Source: Phyllobates terribilis
Lineage: Eukaryota
Direction of reading: 5' to 3'
NCBI RefSeq assembly: GCF_046119375.1
Contig: NW_027362763.1
Coordinates: 452,910,001 to 452,974,000 of the forward strand
DNA: 64,000 nucleotides
This document shows, one piece after another, positions 10,582 through 22,690 of this stretch. How positions within the stretch are numbered: position 1 is the first letter of the stretch; each line of letters begins with the position of its first letter. The notes below the pieces were generated by a model that ran no database searches, had not been told where the DNA came from, and was given only the letters and a program-made list of their open reading frames with translations. The position numbers were made by a program, and so were the translations under genes.

Positions 10582-13013
10582 TAGAGATTAGTGAACATGT
10601 TTGGCAAACCTTTGTCTTTTTCAAATTTGGCACAAATGTTGGCCATTCGGATTCGTGTTCGGGTTCCCAAGCCTTTCACGAACATCCCTATTTTCCCACG
10701 CTGTCATCTGCATGACAGCACGGGAAACAGGAGCTGTGATCGGCGGTAACATTGCTACCACTGGTCACAGTGCTGCGGGATCATGCTGTCTGGTGTCAGT
10801 GTGATCCCGCAGCTGTGACAGTGACCGGCAATAAAAAGCTTACCGGCGCCAGTCAGTCCATATAATATCGAGTGTCCCACGCAGATCTCACTGATAGCAC
10901 AGCCACATCTGGAGTCAGCGATACAATGACAGGAGCGCGATCGCTGCCGCAGTGTATCGCGCTGAGCTTCCAACAGAGAGGTCACACGAGTTCATCAGCT
11001 GATGAGCTCATGCAACCTCCCTTACTGCACTGCTGCGTGAAAAAATTCCCACTCAGCAGCGCTGCCATAAGTGAGCTCAGCACTGTACATTGACAGGAAT
11101 GGTTATACTCCTGTCAGTCTATAGCCTGCTGTCTTGTAGTGACTGCTGATGTGACTGTCGTACAAATAATCGCCATGGGACACTCGGGATTATGTCATCA
11201 CGGCAGAAAGGTGAGGGATATGGTTTATTTTTATTTTTAAGTAAATTATTAAAACCATATGGATTTTTATTTAAAGTAAAATAAAAGACTTTATTCTGAC
11301 TGTGTCTTTATTTCAAAACCTTAACTATCTCATTCACTTTGCTGCAGAAAAAAACGCATTTTTGGTGCTTTTTTGCATACATTTTTTGCATGCGTTTTTT
11401 TATGCGTTTTTGTACAGCAATGAATGCTTTTTGGAGCTAAATAAAGATATTTGAAAAAAGAAACATGGAACATCTCTTTAACCCTTGGATTACCGTCGGG
11501 CCCGGGGTGAGTATGTTCACTGTGTAGAAAACGCTACGTTCTAATGCTGCACTTATTTTGTCAGTACAAGTGGATCTAATGCATGTAATGACATATCAAT
11601 CGGTCAAAATCTGCAACAGAGACTTGTGTCTCTTCTACAGAAATTGACATGCTGCGGGTGAGTTTACGCAGCATCAAAAACAAGCACAGTGGGCATGGGA
11701 TTTCTTATAAATGAAATAAAATGAAGAATTAAATGAAAAAATGGCGTGGCCTCCCGCATCATTTTCATAACCAGCAGAGGGAAAGCCCCGGATATTGCTA
11801 GCCGGGGAAGGGGCTATTAGTCAAAGATTTTCCCTGGCTATTATTAACAGCTCACAGCTGTTTGCTTAGCCTTTAATGGCTAGATTACAGGGGAACCCCA
11901 AAAAAAATTGATGTAAGGTCCTCCTATAAAATCTAACCAACAAAGGCTAAACAGACAGCTGTGAGCTGACATTAATAGCCAGGTAAGGGGCCATGGATCC
12001 TGGCCCCCTCCGAGACTAATAACATCAGCCCTCTGTGGTCACACAAATGGCACATCCATAATATGCGCCAAATCTAGCGCTTAGCCTCAGCTCTTCCTAC
12101 TGCCTTGAAGCAGTGGTGAGTGGGGTAATCACTCCTGTGTCAGTGTACAGGCTGAGCTGCTGGCAGCAAGGTCATCACAGTTCAATCAGCTGAGAGCTCC
12201 GGTGACCTCACTTATGGCAGCACTGCTGCGTGAGAATTTTCTCACACAGCAGTGCTGCCGTATGTGAGGTCAAACGAGTTCATCAGCTGATTGAACTCAT
12301 GTGACCTCTCTGCCAGCAGCTCCTCGCGATATACTGCGGGAGCGATGACACTCCTGTCAGTGTATTGCAGCTGCTGAATAGAGCGGTCACATTGTCTGAT
12401 CTGGCCATTCTATTCATGAGTTTAACGTGGGACATTCAATATTATATGGACAATGGAAGACAGGTGAGGATTATGGTGGTTTATTATTTTATCTTTTTTA
12501 TTTTGTTCAGGGGACGAGGGCATCGTGGACGAGGTGTAGGTGAGTATGCGGTGTTTATTATTTTTATTTAAATAATTATTAATTGTAACTTTTTTTTTTT
12601 TTTACTTTCACTTTCACTGCACAAGCATGCTGAAGAGAGATTACTCCTCTCATCAGTGGAGCTTGTGCTGGCTGTTTACTGTGTCAGCAGGTGCCGGCTG
12701 ATGGGGGTAGTAGTCCCATCAGCCGACGCCTATAACCCACAGTAAGCTTTTTATCGCGGGTCACTGTCACAACTGCGGAATCATGCTGACACCTCACAGC
12801 ATGCTCCCTCAGCGCTGTGACAGGCGGCAGCGATGTTCCTGCTGATCACAGCTCCTGTTTCCCGTGCTGTCATACAGATGACAGCGCAGGAAACTACAGT
12901 TGTTCGGGGCCCTGTCCGGGTTCGTGTTCGGGCTCGGGAGACTGAATACAAACTTTTTTTGATATTCGGGTTTAGCCACCGAACCCGAACATCACAAGGT
13001 TTGCTCATCTCTA
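10582..13013. mobile_element. Non-autonomous hAT-type element (2,432 bp) with long internal inverted symmetry
   Basis: Ends TAGAGATTAGTGAAC and GCTCATCTCTA; GTTCG/CGAAC subterminal clusters; 10690-11100 is an inverted copy of about 12130-12890; TSD degraded (GTTGTCAC on the left, GT-CCAAGC on the right). Confidence 0.7.
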
Positions 13014-13068
13014 GTCCAAGCCTTTTCAAAAATTAGCCCTATTTTGGAAGCTGTTTCATATCTGTGTA

Positions 13069-13500
13069 TGTAATACCCCAGAGTTGCGTATATGACTCTG
13101 TATATTGTTATTTATAATACTGAAGTTTTGTATTAGTTTATGTAGGAATTTATATTATTGTCACTGTGAGTCAGCACTTTTTGCAGCAGCTCGGGTAGTA
13201 AAGAGATAAACTCCTCACTGAGCCAGCTGCTTGGAAAAATAGCTTGGTGGGTGAAGTCTGTGGGCACACTAAAAATAGCTATAACCATTATTCTAGTCAG
13301 AGTACAGTTTGGGACCAGCCAGTGAGCAAGCCAGTAAACATGTGAGGAGATTATTTTCCCCCTTCCTGTGGGCCGAATACAGATGAACTGACCGGAAGAA
13401 ACCTATAGGTTAGCCTGAGGACTAACACTCAAGAGGTAGATTGAATTCCCTGGTCTGCACAGCACCCTTAGTCTACCACTATAATACGTTGTGGATGCAG
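13069..13500. mobile_element. Possible LTR fragment
   Basis: Begins TGTAATACCCCAGAG, an LTR-like start recalled from frog Gypsy LTRs; the 3' boundary and a TSD were not found. Confidence 0.3.
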
Positions 13501-14094
13501 GAGGAGTACGGGTCTGGAATATGGTCCCCCATAATGAAGATGAAAATGCAGGAATCTTTGGGGTCTGCTGGGGAATGCCAATCCAGTGGGATAAAGAAGA
13601 ATTCTGTCGTGTCAGGTGGGATAACAAGATAGGCTCTGGTTGCCCTTGTTGTCCATTATGCTTCATATGTGCTATTTCCTGCATCTGTCACTATTAGCCC
13701 ATCTGAGGAACTTTGTCATCTGAACTGGTGATGAGCAACCACTAAAATGGTCAGGTACTCATTGCTCGAGTCAAGCAAATTGGAATGCTCGAGTGCTCGA
13801 CCCGGAAGTCTGCAGGGGGCCTTCCTAGAAATTGCCAAAATTGATGGGAGCAGCATGGGGAAAACCCAATTACCGGAAAATGTCATTTTAACATTTTACT
13901 ACCTTATCTTCCCATGTGGTGTGTGAGACATGATCAGACACATCCTGTTTCATTTATGAAGGATGGACTCTGAAAGTCACAAAGCCTATTTTTATAGGGC
14001 CATCAGACAGCACTTACTATTCTTAAAGGGCCAGCAGTCTGCCCTCACTATTGTTAAAGAGCCATCAGCCGGCTATGCTTTGTTGTTTCCATTA

Positions 14095-14500
14095 TTAAAG
14101 AGTGGATCTCCTATACTATTGTTGCATATGCAGTGACTGCAAGGGCTGCCAAAAATTTGGACACACCCCAATACCCCTTTGAAGAGACACAGAAGAGGGC
14201 TTCAGTAAAAAAAAATGTTCCCATTATAAAGGAGTGGGTCTCCTATAGTTGTAATGGTCATACAGTGACTGCAAGGGCTGCCTAAATTTGTGAAATACTC
14301 CAATGCCAATTTGAAGACACATTGGGGATGGTCCTCAGTAATGACATGTTACCATTAAAAAGGAGCGGTTCTGCTATAGAGTTATTGTGTATGCAGTGAC
14401 TATAACGGCTGCCTAAATTTGGGAAATACCCCAATACCAATTTAAAGACACATAGAAGAGGGCCTCCGTAACAACATGTTCCCATTAGAATGGAGCGGTT
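14095..14500. repeat. About 130-bp diverged tandem repeat (about 3 copies) in the hAT-A 3' region
   Basis: GGAG(T/C)GG...CAGTGACT...GGCTGCC.AAATTTG recurs at about 14097, 14228, 14358 and, partially, 14488. Confidence 0.75.
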
Positions 14501-14501
14501 C

Positions 14502-14800
14502 TGTAATGACCCAAAAGGGACCATTACAAATATTTCTACATTCATAGGAGGATGTGGAATCATTTATGCTTTGATGTATTACCTGGTGTCATTCTGTTAA
14601 ATTAAATGTAAATTGTTGCTCTGTAGTACCACTGGAGACCAGCAGGTGGTGGTATAAGGCTCGGCAACAGACTGTATTTGAGGATGTCTGATCAACATCC
14701 TATATAGTCTGATCACTATGGTGACCAGGGGGAGTTGGCAGTTGGCGGTTAGAGAGTGTCAATCCTTTCTAGAGATGAGGCATAGGGTACAAGGGCTGCT
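14502..14800. mobile_element. Possible truncated LTR fragment
   Basis: Abrupt TGTAATGACCC start truncates the 130-bp repeat; a TATAAG box is present; no 3' end or TSD. Confidence 0.3.
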
Positions 14801-14809
14801 AGGATTAAG

Positions 14810-17280
14810 TATATTGCCAGAAAATCTTTTTAGAGCTCATCGCAGCAAGGCCAAACCTTTTCCCATATCAGAGTATCAGTCCCACTGCCATCCAGCTAGC
14901 ACCTGTATGGAAAACCAGTATTGCAGCTAATTGTTGAAGAACCTGCAGTGGAGAATTGCATTGCTGAAGTACCTGCAGTGGAGAATTACATTGCGGAAAA
15001 ACCTGCAGTGGAGAATTGCATTGTTGAAGCAGAGGAACCTCCAGTGGACAATGGCATTGTTGAAGCAGAAGAACCTGCATTGGAGAACTACAATGTTGAG
15101 GCTGAAGAATCTACAATGGACAATTGCAATGTTGAGTCTAAAGAATTTACAATGGAGACTTGTGCTGTAGTAGCAGAAGAAACTATAATGGAGAATTGCA
15201 ATGTAATATCAGAAGAAAAGAACCTATAATAGATAGTTCATCATCATCAGAAGAAGAAGAAGAATTGATAAATGAAAACATTGTTGAACCAGAGATCCTT
15301 GTAGAAGTGATGCCTCCTCAAGACAACCGCTTAATATCGCCACCTTTTGAAGATGTATCTGACAGCATTGAGCATAATACATCTCCAAAACTTCCTGATA
15401 TTTGCTTTATAGTAAATACAGGAAGTATAAGTAAAAAGAACAATATGATGGCTGGTCTGAAACTTCTGATGACGTTACTGAATATATACATTCATATAAA
15501 GAACCTCTCTCACAACAAAAAAATTTCCAGGAAGATATTCCTGAGCCTCCCAGATTATTTATTACCAGAGGAAGTGAAACATCTTCAGGAACTGAATCCC
15601 GCAAATAGGCCAAAAAAGTCCTTTAGAAAGCACTCTGTTTCAAATAGTGGTCTATATTATGCTGATGAAAATGTGTTACGGCATCTAAAGGATCGTTCGT
15701 GAATACAACTGTAGTAGAGGGCAATGAATCATCAGGAGAATTCTTGCAGGATGTGCCAGAGATGAGGAAAGATTGCCATCTGCTGGCCAGGCGAAATCAA
15801 GCAGAACCAAGTTGTGCTAGAAAAGTTGAAGGGGGAGCAAAATCAGATGCTGGACTTGATCAGGTGACCACCAGGAACGATTTCCTGGATATAAAGTTCA
15901 GCATGCCAAGACACAGGCAGATTTGGTACCAGGCTGCAGAGTGGAGCAGAAGTGCTCCAGAGGGACTGTAGAGCCCAGCGACAAAGGCTTCAGCCGGAGG
16001 CCTGCGCTGCACCAGAGTTGGACACTGCCTGAGAGTCTCCGGACTCCTCACAGAAGCGGCCTGAGCCCTGCGCATGTTGGTCAGAATCAGGACCTGCACC
16101 CCACACTGAGTAAGTTCCCGGGACCCAACGCTGCCTGTCAAGAGCCGAGGTCTGGATTCCTTTACCTCAAGCGTGAGAGACTACCATCGACGGTCAAGCT
16201 GAGAAGAGCTGAGAGAGGAATGCAACAGGAGAGACACGACAGAAACAGCGGAGGAATCGCGCAATTGAACAGGGTCGTCACTTCCAACTCTCACCTATGG
16301 TAATGGGGACAGTTAGGATTAGGATTTCAGGATGGGTGGGGGCCGATTGGTGCATGGGAGGCTAAACGGGATCTGATAGACTTTATCCGGAAGAGACTTG
16401 CAGCCTAGCGAGAAGAACCGGTGACCCCCGTAAGGGCCATACAAAGGGAACTCACGTGGTGACTGCCATGACTAGGTGCATCACACTGTTGCAAAGAACT
16501 TTACCCTTATTCACTGAAACTATTTCCTATCGTTATTCCAAGTTGCTGTTTATTATCCCTGTTACAAACCCCCTTACATAATAGTTGTTATACATATAAA
16601 GTGGTTCTATCAATCCCTGACTGTTCCTGCCTTTTGCCTATGTGCGTTGCATTCCGGCACTAGAAATATTAAAGACCCTGAATGTCCTACAAGAACAATC
16701 CGCTAAGACATTTCTAGGTCTGACTTGGGCCAAGTCTTCTCTGGTAACAGAACAGTGTCAGATGATCTTACTCAGAACACTCTTGACATGGAAAATGTAA
16801 GGTTTACTTGTAATTTAAAGGAGATTTTACAAAAGTCGTCGAAAGAAAAGTACATATATGGACCTCGTTTTCAGACTATGTTCGACTCCAGGTGGATTCC
16901 TAGCTGTTCACATTCTACAATGAAGTGTAGAAATTCTCTGCTTATCACTGTGCGTTGCCCATACCGCAGGCGAGACTTTAGGAGACCATACAGCAGACAC
17001 TCATGCACATACTTCACCCTACTATGAGGATGAATTATGGGATGAACCGGTTACCTATTCAAGGACTACAAGAAAAGTTAGAACTCAAAGATATTCTCAC
17101 TTTCAGTTCATTCAATTAAGGTATGAAACCCTATTGGACAAATAAAATTCTGACATTTCTGTCATACTAAATGAGCGTGTACAAGAAGCAAATAGACAAA
17201 ATCAGAAACCATATACCCATGTCTGGGTGTGAAGATTTGCATGGTAATAGACCTCCCAGAAAAGAGACCCTGGATTTGAG
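14810..17280 (+). pseudogene. Unidentified decayed ORF with Glu-rich 13-aa repeats, split by a solo LTR
   Basis: ORFs 14921-15229 and 15160-15702 are joined by a single frameshift. Removing 15674-16684 restores the frame YADENV-LQEQSAKTFLGLTWAK. Coding-like sequence with stops continues to about 17270. Confidence 0.5.
15674..16680 (+). mobile_element. Solo LTR-like insertion (1,007 bp)
   Basis: Starts TGTTACG; AATG is duplicated at 15670-15673 and 16681-16684; excision restores the host frame; the 3' end is not a canonical CA. Confidence 0.55.
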
Positions 17281-18711
17281 CTTATGTTATGCTATCATTC
17301 AGTGGTGTTGAGAAGTCTGGCACTATCCAGCCCTTGTTCATTTTTATAAGAGTCAGCCTGTCAGCATTATCAGTTGATAGGCGAATGCGCCTCTCAGTTA
17401 TAATTCCCCCCGTGGCACTAAAAACCCACTCTGACAAAACGCTAGCGGCAAGGCAGACCTGGACCTCCAAGGTGTAGAGAGCCAGTTCCTGCCACGTGTC
17501 CAGCTTGCATACCCAATAATTATAAGGCACAGAGGAATCACGGAGGACATTGGTACGGTCGGCAAGGTACTCCTTCAGCATCTTCATAAAGTTATCCCTT
17601 CCTGTGAGACTACCCCACGCATCAGGGTTTGTGTGATGGTAGGGTCTGAGAGAACTGTCCCAGAACCTTGACAAGTGTTCCCCTGCCTCTGCTGGAACGT
17701 ATTCATGTCTCTCTTGCCTGTACTCCTTGGTTGTCAAAGGAACTGTGACCACTGCCGCAAGCGTTTTCAGATGGGAATTTTTTTAATAATTCCGCAACAG
17801 GGGCCTTCTGGTACTGCCCCATTTTAGCAGACCTGTCCACCGCGGGAATAAGAGATAAAAAGTTCTCCTTGTAGCGTGGGTCTAGAAGTCATGACTTCAC
17901 CCAAAATTTGGAGAACGTGAGGATCACAGGAAAGGCAGCGTAACATAAACTCAGCCATGTGTGCCAGACTGCTAACAGGCAAGATTTCCGTGCCCTCACC
18001 AAGAGGACGACTGACCATGCTTTCATCCTAATCCTCCTCCTCCTCCCTCTCCTCAGGTCATCCATGCTGAAAAGACGGCATGACAGTTGTGAGGGTAGTA
18101 CCGTCTATAGCGCAGGAAACTAGCTTCTGTTCTTCCTCCTCCTCCTCTGCCTCATTTTCACCTAATCCACATTGGGATGAGGTGAGGCTGGGCTGTGTGG
18201 AATCACCCTGTATAGTTCCTTTCCTTGCTCTATCTCATCGTGCTGTGCCCGTAATGCCTCCACTTTAATTGTGAGCAGCGATCGTTTCAGAAGACAGAGA
18301 AGCGGGATGGTGACGGTAATTATGGCGTCATCACCATTCACCATCTTGGTGGAGTCCTCAAAGTTTTGTAGGATGGCACAGATGTCTGACATCCATGCCC
18401 ACTCCTCAGTTCTTATGTGTGGAGGCTGACCTGAATACCGACGGATGTTTTAAAGCTGGTAATGAATAACTGCCCTGTGCTGCTCAAAAATCCTTCCCAA
18501 CATTAGCAAGGTTGAGTTCCTATGTGTGGGGACATCCAGGGGTGGATTAAGAGTAGCAAGGGCCCCGGGCAGTTTAGAAGGCAGGGCCCCCCCCTTTCCC
18601 CCCACACACACACACCTGATGTATCACATGTCACATGATCCCCTGTGATAGATCATGTGATAGTTCACGTGAAATTAATTTGGCACAATATTAATTATAA
18701 TAATTTTTTTA

Positions 18712-19501
18712 GGCTGTGTGCCCACTATGCATTTTTTAAGCGTTTCCACAGCGGCAATTCCGCTGCAGAAACACTTAAAAAACGCTTGGTAGAAGGTCTG
18801 CCATGTTCCCCAATGATAATCCGCATGTGCTGTGCACATGCTGCGGAAATTTCCGCTGCGGATTATCATTGCGGAAAAAAACTACCAATTACTTGGCGGA
18901 AACGCTGCGTTTTTGCCGCCATTAACTTGCATTGGAATGCATGGAATCCGCATCACTTCATCTGTACATGCGGAATACATGCGTTTCAATGTGCGGATGG
19001 TACCCGGGTCTGGAGAAGAGGAGACTCTCCTCCGGACCCGGGTACCATAGAACCTGCAAAAAAAAGAATAAAATAAAAAATAAATGTTATACTTACCTTC
19101 TGATGGCCCCCGGTGTCTTTATCCGATGCGTCCTGGCTTGTTTGCAGCTCGCGATGGTCTGAAAAGGACCTGCCATGACGTCAATTAGTCATGTGATGGG
19201 TCATGACGTCGGAAGGCCATCAGAAGGTAATTATATATTTATTTTTTGCCATTCTTTTACGGTCAAACCAGCATGGATTTATATAGTGTGACCAAGTTGT
19301 CAAGCACTTTCGAAGTGATGCTAAAATCGCTTGGAAAGTGCTTGTCAACCCGCATGCGGAAATGCATGTGAAGAACGCTTCACTTCCGCTTGTCCCTGGC
19401 AGGAAAACGCATGTACAATCCGCATGCGTTTTTTCTGCCAGGGAGATGGAGAAACGCTCAGGAAAAAATCCGGAGCATTTCTGCATCATGGGCACATAGC
19501 C
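18712..19501. mobile_element. MITE (790 bp), PIF/Harbinger-like 3-bp TSD
   Basis: TIRs GGCTGTGTGCCCA and TGGGCACATAGCC, TTA on both sides, internal inverted repeat at about 19090-19110 and 19210-19230. Confidence 0.8.
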
Positions 19502-19538
19502 TTACATTAATTGTACGACTCAATATTGAGCACACATA

Positions 19539-19940
19539 GCCATCTATACATAGCGGGAGGCCGCACGGCGCCATCTATACACAGCGGGGGGCCGCACGGC
19601 GCCATATATACACAGCGGGAGGCCGAATGGTGCCATCAATACACAGTAGGAGGCCGCATGTAGCCATCTATACACAGCGGGAGGCCGCACGTAGCCATCT
19701 ATACACAGCAGGAGGCCATAAGTAGCCATCTATACACAGCGGGAGGCCGCACGCAGTCACGCACTCACAAACATATACAGACGTATAGATACATGCATAA
19801 ACACAAAAATCCATATAAACAAACATCACACAATGATATCTGCCTGCACACACACACACACACACACTCACTCAATCACTCACTCACACACACTCTCACA
19901 AACACAAACACACACTCTCACACACTCTCACACACACCAT
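19539..19940. repeat. 31-bp minisatellite (about 7 copies) followed by a CA-rich tract
   Basis: GCCATCTATACACAGCGGGAGGCCGCACG(G/T)N units at 19539-19755; CA/CT low complexity at 19845-19940. Confidence 0.9.
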
Positions 19941-20990
19941 CCCCCGGCTCGGCTCCAGTCCTCCTGCTCCTCTCCGGTGCAGCAGTGCAGGCCGGGCACG
20001 CACTGAGTGACGTCACGGCTAGGAGACACGGTTGCGCACAGGGCTGTGTCTCCTAGCAGTGATGCGGCCGGGCCAGCACAGGGAAGTTAACAGCTGCAGT
20101 GCTGGCCCGGCCGAAGAAGAAGTAGCGGCCGTGCGCCGCTGCTGGGAGAGCGGTCTGGGGGTTCCCCTGCCACTGTCTGCCGGTATGTGCCACGGCGCCA
20201 CACATATAATGAGGGCAATCTGGCCATAGACACCCCGGAGCCCCGGGCCCCCCAGAGGCCCGAGGCCCCGGGCGGTAGCACAGATTTCCCTCATTATAAT
20301 CCGCCTATGGGGACATCGCTCATCAGTCGGTGAGCTGGAAGCTGCAAAAACTGCTGAATCACGGCAAGGGCAGCGGAAGCTGGAGCTGACTTTCTAAAAT
20401 GGGCACACACGCGGCGAACTTTGACAAGCAAATCCGGCAGATCTGGGTAGGTTTTGAGAAATGGCTGAACCATGAGGTTAAGCTCATGGGCCAGGCATGG
20501 TACGTGAGTGAACCTGCCTCGCTTCAGAGCCACCACTAGGTTTCTTCCATTGTCACACATGACCATGCCTGGTTCAGGCCCGAGAGGCTCGAATTTCTAA
20601 ATAGAAAAGTGAACAGCTCTTCGGAGTGTCCAAGTGTGGGATCCGTTGTCTCTGGGTACTCGGCATGGTGGGAGGAAGGAGGATCAGGGTGACAAATATG
20701 CGGTCCATACTCACGGCTACTGAGACTTGACCATGTGGAAGACAGGGTGGTGGTGGTAGTGGCAAAGTGACTGGAAGCAACATCTGATATCCAACCAACA
20801 ACCTTTTGACAGTGCTCTGGGTTCAATAGTGGTTTGCTGTGGTCCCCTAGCAATTGGGACAGGAAGGTCGGGCGACAAGATGTGGGTGTTTGTTGTGGCA
20901 CAATTTCAGCTTGCTCACGGCCTCAGCCTCTGCATGCACCATCAGCATCACGTCCACTTCCCTGTCCCTTGCCACATGCCTTGCCATTTT

Positions 20991-21320
20991 AAATGGAAGA
21001 CAATATTTTCCACAGTTGCTACAAATGGCTGGATTTGTACTCCAGTTATATGTGATAAATCTGACGGACGCCAACATATTTAAATAGTGGGCTTGTAGTT
21101 TCCTATTATTCACAGTGACCACATGTGAATAACTTCACTGAAAAACTGCTACAAACTGTAAATGGAAGACAATATTTTCCACGTTTGCTACAAATGGCTG
21201 GATTTGTACCGCAGTTATATGTGATACGCCCACGGTTTTAAATAGCGGGCTTTTAGTTTCCTATTATTCACAGCAACCATGTGTGAATAGCTTCACTGAC
21301 ACACTGCTACAAACTGTAAA
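20991..21320. repeat. About 170-bp direct duplication upstream of the hAT-A transposase start
   Basis: AAATGGAAGACAATATTTTCCAC...CTGCTACAAACTGT occurs twice in tandem. Confidence 0.85.
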
Positions 21321-21683
21321 TGAAGGATAATGCTTTACACATTCACTACAAATTTCTGGATTTTTATCGCTGTAATATGGGATCACGTCTGATGATGGAA
21401 AATATCTGGCTGTATTCTGCAGTGCTAACAAGCAAATGGAGCTGTAAAATGGTGTACTCTGAATTTAAGCAAATAAAAAGGATTAAGATAAAAAAAAAAT
21501 GAGCCCTGGCCCCTGATATCTGGGATTATGTCTACGGACATCTGTAACAGCAGGAACAGACAGAACGTGCAATGGACCCTCTTGTGCATACACTGCCACA
21601 AACCCCGCCTGCCTGCCTAACTCCTGCTATCAGGATTAATATATGCAGCTGGATTAGTCCTCAGAAGGACTGTTAGTTCAGAT

Positions 21684-21685
21684 GG

Positions 21686-21733
<48 letters not shown>
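21684..21733. repeat. (TA)n microsatellite
   Basis: Near-uninterrupted TA run of about 50 bp. Confidence 0.95.
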
Positions 21734-21735
<2 letters not shown>

Positions 21736-22539
21736 TCCTGGAGTATCACTCCTATTACACCTCCAATTCTGTCCCTCACACAGAAGCACCACTCTCTACT
21801 CTGCCCTTTTCCGGGATAGACTGCGACAATCCTAGCGTCACCAGGTCTTATATAGAACAAATGAAGTTATGCGGCAAGCCAATCACTGTAATGCCACAAC
21901 CAACATGGCTACGGCATTACAGTGCGTGGAAAGCAATCCCTGCATGTTCATTGGCTCTCTAAAGAGTGCCAAACATGCAGGGCGGGGACCTGAGCTCCCG
22001 CTCGAGCAGCCCAGAAATAGTCGCTGAGCACCGAGCATGTCAAGCAGGGTGATGCTCGAGCGAGTACCAAACTGTGGCAAGCACGCTCGCTCGTCACTAA
22101 TCTGAACATGTTATATTTTGCCATCTATGGCTGTGATCCTGTTGGCTGTGTTTAAAGTAAAAGTTCATCTGTTTTACCATTCATCTACCTCCTGACTCTC
22201 CTGTCTTTCTCCACACTAACAACATGGGGAACGCTATCACCACCACAATTTAGTGAGAGAACGTTATAAAAGCAGCATTCATTCCCGCACACCCATAGCT
22301 GTGTGCCTCATTTACAGTGCACTGGAGCACCAGGCACTGGGCATGGCCACCAACCCCCATGTGACAACGAGAAGGATCCAACCCATACCCAGTGTACTGG
22401 GTCCCCTGCACTTTGGGTGTCACCTGTACCCTCAATAGAACATATTTCCCAGCATCAATGAAAGTTGGCAATGATTCGTGCTTAATACATTTTGACAAAT
22501 GTTAGGTTTTTCATCCTTGTGGTGGATATTTGAATGTAG

Positions 22540-22690
22540 AAAAGCCAACGGCCGCACTAAATGTCCTCTCTAACATTAAAATGGAGGCTTTAATTGACAG
22601 TATGTTCATAGCAAACTGGGCCATTTCTTACCACTGGTCCAATCTGTTGACCCAAAAGTCCATGGGATTGGAGCTCTGGATAATTACTGG
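22540..22690 (-). pseudogene. Old hAT C-terminal dimerization-domain remnant
   Basis: Manual translation SNPMDFWVNRLDQW*EMAQFAMNILSIKASILMLERTFSAA matches the hATC pattern of the intact transposase in this window. Confidence 0.7.

Larger units (their letters stand above)
18537..20309. mobile_element. Non-autonomous hAT-superfamily element (1,773 bp)
   Basis: Imperfect TIRs CAGGGGTGGATTA and TAATCCGCCTATG; perfect 8-bp TSD GGGACATC (18529-18536, 20310-20317). Confidence 0.88.
17282..20987 (-). pseudogene. hAT transposase pseudogene of element A
   Basis: Fragments: N-terminal MARHVARDRE, CDNGRNL...PCLAHELNL, SDVPTHRNST across an insertion, and hATC domain WQELALYTLEV...SVLSEWVFSATGG...RLSTDNADRL; the BED and first-Asp region appears deleted. 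Confidence 0.9.
13726..22099 (-). mobile_element. hAT DNA transposon A (8,374 bp), defective, with nested insertions
   Basis: TIRs TGGTGATGAGC and GCTCGTCACTA; perfect 8-bp TSD ATCTGAAC (13718-13725, 22100-22107); CTCGAG-rich subtermini; transposase remnants inside. Confidence 0.92.
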
